NCBI GenBank assembly: GCA_002794465.1
Contig: MTSL01000134.1
Span: 107,830-120,280, forward strand
DNA: 12,451 nucleotides
Direction of reading: 5' to 3'
Source: Paramicrosporidium saccamoebae KSL3
Taxonomy: Eukaryota; Fungi; Cryptomycota
In this document: piece after piece, positions 1 to 6,176 of the stretch
Layout: each line of letters starts with the position of its first letter
Numbering within the stretch: position 1 is the stretch's first letter
The notes under the pieces: model-generated
Seen by the model: the letters and a program-made list of their open reading frames with translations, nothing else
Database searches by the model: none
What the model was told of the DNA's origin: nothing
Made by a program: the position numbers and the translations under genes

Positions 1-240
1 GTACGATCCTCTATCTGGTATATCTGCATGAGGTAGTGGAATGATTGTCTGAGAACACTCGTTACTAAAGAGCATCCGCTCGGCATTGGTGTCCGACCCA
101 GGTAGCGGTCCCAGGCCAGTTTGTTTGTATTAAGAATGGCTACCTATAAAGAAGCCATATACTTTGATAAAATTGTGTTCACTCATCAACAAGGGGGTTA
201 CTTTCAACCTCACAATAACCATGTATTTAGTTGTGTGCTA

Positions 241-1869
241 TTAGCGGATCATGGCATTGGTCAATGTGCGGGCACGGCATGGACCATGCGCCGTCATAAG
301 GGGTGTCCCTCTATATTCAGCAATGCCAGTGGAGGATGTCTTCAATTCAGCCAAAATTGCTGCAAAGGCGGCTGCATCCTTCTTTTTGCAATCTAGTTGC
401 TCGTCGGGCTTGCCCTCTAGTGCCACAACAGTCACTCGATCGCCCACGTTGGATCCTTCGGCCGGCTCAAGCAATTCAATAGTGATTGTTCCATCCTCCT
501 TGGTGGCATCGGCACACAAGACCATTCCTTGTGATACAATTCCACGCATTGCTGCGGGCTTCAGGTTGGCCAAGATTAGAACCTTCTTCCCAAGCAAGTC
601 TTCGGCAGTCATATACGGAACAAGGCCGCTGAGGATAGTACGAGGACCAGTGGATTCGCCTAGATCAATCTTTTCAACGAACAACTTGTCAGCATCAGGA
701 TGTCGGGAAACCTCTACGACCTGTCCAACACGTACATCAAATCGCGAAAAATCATTTTTCACTGGAACGCTATCTTCAATTTTGGTAGAGGCCATCTTGG
801 CAGCAATCGAGGCGGCGGCTTCGGCAGGGTAGGCTTCGCGGAGAAGCGCCTGGAGCTCCGTGCTCGTCTCAAATTTCTTTCTAATAGGCTCCAGGAGGAT
901 ATTAATGTAGCTGGCCACTGCATTCTTCAAATCTAACGGGAAGATTTCTTTTGCTGCAAATGCAGCCTCCAATGCCTGGTAGGTTTCGAAAGAAACATTT
1001 CCACCAAACTTGTCGGGTCGCTTGATATCAAACGAGACAATTCCTTTCAGCTTGAACACGGGGAAGAGTACAAACTTTACAAAAGGCAAGACACCATTTT
1101 GCTCAATGTTTCCCTCCTCGCAGAATGCCTTACGAATCTTGTTTTCTACTGCGCGGGGTTCGTCCAAGAGATCGATTTTAGAGTCTGCTTCAGAAGAACT
1201 CATCTTTCCACCAGTCAAGCCAGGAACCATGGGATTCATCAGATGGATACGTTTTTTGAAGCCAAGAGCAGGCATGTATTTTTCAGCAAAGGTAAAAATC
1301 TTGCGTTGGTCGACTCCACCAAACTGGGCATCGCACTCGAGGAACTCTTCATCCAAAGCTTGCATGCATGGATAGATGAGACCGGAAAGGAGGGGACTGT
1401 CTACTTGTTTGACTACTTCGCACCCAGCCTTTTTGGCATCGTGCTCAGTGACGACTGAGGCCATACGGAAAATCTCCAAGGTAAAATCACGGTTAAGCTG
1501 GTAATCAGACCCTTTGATGAAGCGCAGCTTGTCCAGAGGGACACCAATAGACTCTAGCATACCCTTGATAACTACTTCGTAGTAATCGGCACGCCGATTA
1601 AGAAGTTCCCAGGGAGCCTTCATGTTGTCCAAGTACGCATGGATGTCAGCAAAAAGAATGGTAACGTGGCAGCCTGCAGACAAGAAATCAGCCAGCTTGG
1701 TCATGGCCACGAAATAGGCGATATGAGGTTTGCCAGTGGTGGCAGTTCCCCAGTAAATCTTGGGGTCGCGTTCCTTTAGGATGCTCTTGAGTTGCTCTTC
1801 TCCAAGAACCTCTTGCAGGTTGTTCTTGATTATACTTAGCCTTTCTTCTACGCTTAGGTTTGATGACAT
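241..1869 (-). CDS. YARS1: Cytosolic tyrosyl-tRNA synthetase with C-terminal EMAP II-like (OB-fold tRNA-binding) domain, 542 aa, no introns seen
   Basis: Class I motifs [14 protein letters not shown] (HIGH-like) and KMSSS (KMSKS-like), plus [11 protein letters not shown] and [13 protein letters not shown] as in eukaryotic TyrRS. C-terminal [48 protein letters not shown] is EMAP II-like. The ORF-track start at 1950 is TTG. The first ATG is 1869 ([11 protein letters not shown]), which matches where the human homologue begins. Confidence 0.97.
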   Translation of the reverse strand: MSSNLSVEERLSIIKNNLQEVLGEEQLKSILKERDPKIYWGTATTGKPHIAYFVAMTKLADFLSAGCHVTILFADIHAYLDNMKAPWELLNRRADYYEVVIKGMLESIGVPLDKLRFIKGSDYQLNRDFTLEIFRMASVVTEHDAKKAGCEVVKQVDSPLLSGLIYPCMQALDEEFLECDAQFGGVDQRKIFTFAEKYMPALGFKKRIHLMNPMVPGLTGGKMSSSEADSKIDLLDEPRAVENKIRKAFCEEGNIEQNGVLPFVKFVLFPVFKLKGIVSFDIKRPDKFGGNVSFETYQALEAAFAAKEIFPLDLKNAVASYINILLEPIRKKFETSTELQALLREAYPAEAAASIAAKMASTKIEDSVPVKNDFSRFDVRVGQVVEVSRHPDADKLFVEKIDLGESTGPRTILSGLVPYMTAEDLLGKKVLILANLKPAAMRGIVSQGMVLCADATKEDGTITIELLEPAEGSNVGDRVTVVALEGKPDEQLDCKKKDAAAFAAILAELKTSSTGIAEYRGTPLMTAHGPCRARTLTNAMIR

Positions 1870-2247
1870 TTGCCAGATGCTGTCTTTGCTTCTTTGACCC
1901 CTGTTCACTTTTTGTAAGGTTCGGAACCATGACTCATACACAGTGTCCAATTATATGGCTTTAATAACATGGTCCAGTCACAAAGATCCGCATTGGGGAA
2001 GGTTGCAGATCTTGTAGACTTTATATGGAATGACTTTATATAAGTACTATGGGGTGAATCGATTATTACGGGTGAACAAAGTGAGAGTCTAGTGCTAAGG
2101 TCTGAGTGAGCAGTGTTGAAATTCGAGTAAAAGACCATGTTAATCAAAAAAGCCTCTATTTTACAAGTGACCACCCTCAACACATTGAATATCGTCTTGT
2201 AATGCCATGCATCCATACTATGCAATAAATCTACATTTCTGCTTCAT

Positions 2248-2287
2248 CACTTGGTCACTTGGTCACTATGCCACTGTGTCACTGTTT
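2248..2287. repeat. Degenerate 8-bp tandem array, five CACT-anchored units
   Basis: cacttggt cacttggt cactatgc cactgtgt cactgttt, with CACT at 2248, 2256, 2264, 2272 and 2280. Confidence 0.8.
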
Positions 2288-2380
2288 TATAACATAACCC
2301 ATCCAAGCTACTATTGGTTGGGCAGATGAATGGCGGCAGTATGAGATTATCATGTAGTACTCATGAGTTGATAGAATTTA

Positions 2381-4720
2381 ATGTCACGGGCAGCGACAGT
2401 AGTGGCTCTCAACCAGATTTGCCGTATTGGGTCACTAATTGCATCGAACAAGGAATACCCGTGTCTTTGGGTACCCTCAAGGACAACATTGATGTCTTTA
2501 GATGAATTAGATAACCCACTTGTAAGAAATCCGTCTGCTGAGCCAGACGGCACTGTGAATCCAGGTTCGCTTCGCTGGGAATTCATAAAGAGGGATTTGA
2601 AGGAAAAAGAATCTGAATTTATCCGCTGGCAGGAGTACACGTTTCTGGTGGGCACTTGGAATATCAATGGACAGGAAGTGGGTGGTAGTTTGCTTCCGTG
2701 GTTACAACCTGGTCCCGACTCGCCGGACTTTGTGTTCATCACCCTGCAGGAGATGGATCGGAGGGCCGAGGCATTTGTTGTCTCAGTTAGCAGCAAGGAA
2801 GCCACTTGGAATGCCCTCTTGTTGCAAAACTTGCAAGTTGCATATCCAGATTTCAAGTATTCCCTGGTAACATCTCGCTCGTTGGTGGGTATCTATGCAG
2901 CCATGTTTGCAAAGGATGAACTTTTGCCATCCATCACCAACATCAGCTCTGCCACCGCAGCGTGCGGCATGATGGGTATGATGGGCAATAAAGGGGCCGC
3001 CGGGCTGCGTGTCAAGATTAAGCACGAGTACGTATGCTTTGTGGGATCACATTTGGCTCCTCATCTTGAAAATGTCTTGCGTCGCAACCAAGACTATGCT
3101 GACATTTCACGGCGCCTTTTGTTTCCGTCATCTGCCCGCGGCATCTACGAATCCACAAGTGAAGAGCTGCTACACACGTGGAGCGAAAGGTTCACACCTG
3201 CCACCATCTGGGATTGCGGAATACTAATTTGGGCTGGTGACCTGAATTACCGAATTTCCTGTCCTGCTCTTGAGACTAGAGATCTGGCCCTCTCGGGAAA
3301 TTACGATGAAATGCTAAAGGCGGATCAGCTGGGTAAAGAGATTGAGGCTGGACGTGCATTTCAAAACTTTACAGAAGGCCTGATTAGCTTTGCGCCAAGC
3401 TACAAGTACGACACCGGGTCTGACTGCTTTGACTCTAAACCAGAGGGGCGGGCGCCTGCATATACGGACAGAATTTTATTTAGGAGAAGCGATCAATTAA
3501 CTCCTGTCAAGTATTACTCGGCAATGAGTCTCAAGAGTAGCGACCACAAGCCAGTGGGGTGTGTCCTCCGTGCCCAATGTCGGGTTATCAACACGAATGG
3601 CTTTGAGTCGGCTCTCTCAGAAACGCTTCGTAAGGTGGACGTCTTTGAAAATGAAGCAATGCCAATAACTGTTGTATCTGCAAACGTTCTCGACTTTGGC
3701 AGTGTAGTCTTTCAACGAGCAACCCGACGTTCTTTTGAAATTCTCAATACTGGCCATGTAGTGGCAAGGTTCAGCTTTGTCCCACGTCCCCAGCAAAATG
3801 GCATATCGGCTCCCTGGATTCACATTCAGCCTCATCGAGGGATTGTTTTACCCGGTATAGGCTGTTGACCAATTCGCCTAACGCGCTTTTAGGCTCTTCG
3901 GCTGAGATTCAAGTTTATCTGTCCATTGACAAAGATGCAGCCAGTCAGATGAACGCAGGTCAGGCCGCTCCCGAAGACGTTCTCATCCTCCACGTCGACA
4001 GCGGACGTGACCACTTTATAAGTATCGAAGGACAGTTCCGTAAAACGCCCTTCTGTCTATCTTTGGATGAGTTATTCAACAACGACTACATTGTGAGACT
4101 TGCAAATGTACAGGGCGAAGAGTTTTTCTTCCGCGGGATTCCAAAGCCTGTCACGAGACTTGTAGAATTTCTGGTGCAACATGGAAAAACCGTGCCAAAC
4201 CTGTTCCTCGAGTCAGGACAAGCCGAGATGCTTCGCGCTATACAAGACGCTATAGATGCCGACGAGCCGTTGTCTGGTGAGTTGTGCACAGATATCGGCT
4301 TGTATTCTGTGGCTGAGACTTTGTTGAGATTTTTGGACACCCTTAGGCAGCCGGTCATTCCGTTTGGCTTTTTCGCGCGATGTATGGAAAGTTACAACAG
4401 TGCCGGTGCAGCTCTAGAGGTTATATTTTCTCAAACAGGCGCATTTACTCGTAGTTGGTTGACGAATTACCGCCGATACACTTGCAAGTCTTTGAATACC
4501 TAAGGGTGTTCATACGTGATATTATACTTCCCGCTAACACGAGCTTAAGGGCAGAGGATTTATGTATTGCGCTAGGCTATGGCTTACCTGTTTAGCCGCA
4601 GTTTTCGGAAAGGTCCTTGTGAAGCCTCCACCACGACCGACGACCCTGAACAAGGAGTACCGGCAAATAGACCAGAAACGAGCAGTATTCCTGCTACACT
4701 TTTATACTACATTCATTTGA
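2381..4720 (+). CDS. OCRL: OCRL/INPP5B-family inositol polyphosphate 5-phosphatase (5-phosphatase + ASH + RhoGAP-like). Exons 2381-3854, 3893-4419, 4455-4563, 4596-4720, ~744 aa. 5' end uncertain.
   Basis: Catalytic motifs GTWNING, WAGDLNYRI, FAPSYKYD, PAYTDRILF and SDHKPV. ASH: FEILNTGHVVARFSFVP and EDVLILHVDSGRDHFISIEG. RhoGAP-like: IPKPVTRLVEFL, SVAETLLRFLDTLRQPVIP, ELPPIHLQVFEYL, AVFGKVLVKPP. Three GT-AG introns restore one frame to TGA at 4718-4720. Confidence 0.92.
2471..2501 (+). other. Candidate 31-nt intron linking upstream frame (ATG 2326/2341) to the OCRL main frame
   Basis: GTACCC...TTGAT...TTTAG. Removing it gives ..IPVSL-D-ELDNPLVR in frame. Size matches the other introns, but the unspliced ATG-2381 model is equally open. 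Confidence 0.35.
3855..3892 (+). other. Spliceosomal intron, 38 nt (OCRL)
   Basis: GTATAG donor, CTAAC branch motif at 3878-3882, TTTTAG acceptor. Joins IVLP-G-SSAEIQV inside the ASH domain and removes stop TGA 3866-3868. Confidence 0.93.
4420..4454 (+). other. Spliceosomal intron, 35 nt (OCRL)
   Basis: GTTATA...TTTAC...CGTAG. Joins AALE to LVDELPPIH, restoring RhoGAP homology. Confidence 0.85.
4564..4595 (+). other. Spliceosomal intron, 32 nt (OCRL)
   Basis: GTATTG...CTTAC...TTTAG. Joins RAEDL-S-AVFGKVLVKPP and removes an in-frame TAG. Confidence 0.88.
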
Positions 4721-4741
4721 TTTTGTTATATATGGGGGGGC

Positions 4742-4953
4742 ACCAGTCAGACTGCACAGCGTCCCTGCCGTTGGATGGAATAATCCAAGGCACGGTCATC
4801 AAGCAGACACCTCGACCAAGGTCGAGGACATCTGCAGCTTCGCTCTCAGGACACCGCGCTATCCATCCTCATCCTGGTTGGTTTCATGCTCTTTGATTAT
4901 GATGTCAAAGAGGAATATCTACTGTACACATGATCCTGTAGAGTACAGTCGAT
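4742..4953 (-). ncRNA. U3: U3 snoRNA (box C/D, ~212 nt, intronless)
   Basis: Minus strand reads ATCGACTGTACTCTACAGGATCA (GAC box, box A', box A). CAGGAUCA is complementary to the conserved 18S 5' UGAUCCUG. Then a CTCTTTGA..TCAAAGAG hairpin, box C' GATGAGGA (4873-4866), box B GAGAGCGA (4847-4840), a ~15-bp hairpin (including CCTCGACC/GGTCGAGG), box C TGATGA (4801-4796) and box D CTGA (4750-4747). Terminal stem ACCAG (4878-4874)/CTGGT (4746-4742). Box order and length match known U3 RNAs. Confidence 0.95.
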
Positions 4954-4977
4954 ACTGTCCCTGGGCTGCAGCCCTGG

Positions 4978-4984
4978 TTTTATA
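4978..4984 (-). promoter_or_regulatory. TATA box of U3 (TATAAAA at -31)
   Basis: TATAAAA starts 31 nt upstream of the predicted U3 5' end (4953). Confidence 0.75.
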
Positions 4985-5009
4985 CTCGAGCGGCCGCGGC
5001 AGTGGCCAC

Positions 5010-5023
5010 GGATTCTATGGGAT
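5010..5023 (-). promoter_or_regulatory. Candidate upstream (PSE/USE-like) element of U3, ATCCCATAGAATCC
   Basis: Similar to GTCCCACAATTCC upstream of the second snoRNA and to the plant USE core RTCCCACA. The function is inferred. Confidence 0.4.
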
Positions 5024-5063
5024 AGGACTTTTCAATATAATTTTCACATTTTGATTGGTCGAA

Positions 5064-5807
5064 ATGAAGAAAGCAGTGGCTCATGCCGCATTGGACGAAC
5101 TAAAGGGTTTCTTTGACCAAGGATTTACAGAAGAGAGGCCCTTTGTGTTTGGATTAGGCACTGGTAGCACAGTCGCCGAGTTTTGGCCCATTTTTCACAA
5201 GTATTTGCAGACGACTAATCAAAAAAATGTGGTAATTATCCCAACCTCACACCAAAGCAAACAGCTCGTCTTGTCCAGCTCTTGCAGGTATCCTTTGGTA
5301 GAGCCACAGCAGTATCCGACAGTTGACTGTCTCGTGGATGGGTTCGATGAAATCGAATTATGCCAAGGTGGAATGCTCAAAGGCGGCGGAGGAGCACACA
5401 CGCTTGAAAAGCTGGTGGCCCAATGCTCCAAACACACCATATATATTGGAACATACGAAAAGGTTGGCGAGAAACTTGGAAACCGCGAGGTCGCAATACC
5501 CGTCGAAGTAATCTCGCCCGCTGTTCATTATATCATGTCGCAACTTTCTGATCTAGGCGGAACATGTGAGATTCGCGAAAGCAATAAAGGCAAAGTGGGA
5601 CCTGTCACTACTGACCTGGGCAACCTAATCGTGGATTGGCATCTTCCGCCTGCCCACCCGCTATGGGATAATATTGATGATCTAAGTAAGCAGATCCAAG
5701 CCATCACAGGAGTTGTTGCCTGCGGCATCTTTGTCGGTCAAGTTGAACTGGCCATCATGGCTCGAGAAGACGGTAGCCTGCTTTACAAACGTTACGCCAG
5801 ATGGTAA
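5064..5807 (+). CDS. RKI1: Ribose-5-phosphate isomerase A, 247 aa
   Basis: GLGTGST, DG(F)DE, KGGGG..LEKLVA, IPVEV and GPVTTDLGNLIVD motifs, with RpiA length. The track start at 5055 is TTG; the first ATG is 5064. Confidence 0.93.
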   Translation: MKKAVAHAALDELKGFFDQGFTEERPFVFGLGTGSTVAEFWPIFHKYLQTTNQKNVVIIPTSHQSKQLVLSSSCRYPLVEPQQYPTVDCLVDGFDEIELCQGGMLKGGGGAHTLEKLVAQCSKHTIYIGTYEKVGEKLGNREVAIPVEVISPAVHYIMSQLSDLGGTCEIRESNKGKVGPVTTDLGNLIVDWHLPPAHPLWDNIDDLSKQIQAITGVVACGIFVGQVELAIMAREDGSLLYKRYARW

Positions 5808-5834
5808 TGTAAATAGATCGAAAGCGGCATCTAA

Positions 5835-5909
5835 TAGCAAGAGTACTTTTGTCGCATAGTAGGGATAATACCACGGACCTTGTCAGGCGGGAACCCGTTC
5901 ACTATTAAT
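5835..5909 (+). repeat. Dispersed repeat, copy 1 (partner at 12358-12451)
   Basis: Three collinear blocks: TAGCAAGAGTA 11/11; GTCGCRTAGTRGGGATAATACCACRGAC 25/28 (5851-5878 vs 12397-12424); GTTCACTNNTAAT 11/13. Confidence 0.85.
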
Positions 5910-6080
5910 CCAACAGCCTAATTCAGGCGAGAAGAGACAAGGTGAGAAAGTAACTTATCCACTGTTCACTCCTCACCATTCGCTATTCACTTTTCACTGC
6001 TTGATGCTAATCTCAAACTCGCAAGGATACAGATTTCACTGTTCTCACATACACACCTAATCAATCCTCTACATCACACT

Positions 6081-6086
6081 TTTATT
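6081..6086 (-). promoter_or_regulatory. Candidate AATAAA polyadenylation signal of the WD40 gene
   Basis: AATAAA about 90 nt after the WD40 stop, followed on the minus strand by G/T-rich sequence. Confidence 0.45.
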
Positions 6087-6176
6087 AAGGTATCGGACGC
6101 CTTTACACGCTACCATCCTCAAACACGCCGGATTATGGGATCGCTATCAGGATTACCAGTCATAGGCGGATATTAT

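Noticed and set aside
1-120. Two minus-strand frames open to the window edge, plus C/D-like words (ATGATT, CTGA) and a CCGCT/AGCGG stem on the + strand
   Set aside because: No recognisable protein motif, no closing C/D stem, and the region is truncated by the window edge, so it cannot be called.
121-1930. ORFs overlapping TyrRS (121-396, 251-832, 700-936, 1010-1375, 1099-1458, 1688-1930)
   Set aside because: Antisense or alternate-frame shadows of a strongly conserved gene, with no motifs.
1870-1950. N-terminal extensions from TTG/GTG starts in the ORF track (TyrRS 1950, RPI 5055, WD40 7904)
   Set aside because: Near-cognate starts are a prokaryotic-style call. The first ATGs fit homologue lengths, and the WD40 extension overlaps the snoRNA promoter element.
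4579-4896. 105-aa + strand ORF
   Set aside because: It overlaps the last OCRL exon out of frame and is antisense to U3, so it is explained by those features.
4960-5007. Cluster of palindromes (GGGCTGCAGCCC; XhoI-NotI-SacII-like CTCGAGCGGCCGCGG) suggesting vector contamination
   Set aside because: The match to polylinkers is only ~13 nt. The cluster flanks a correctly positioned U3 TATA box and there is no other vector sequence.
5851-5910. tRNA-Asp-like wording (TTGTCAG GCGGG..GTTCA) in repeat copy 1
   Set aside because: No cloverleaf can be folded (no acceptor, anticodon or T stems), and copy 2 lacks the anticodon-like part. Kept only as a weak hint in the repeat finding.
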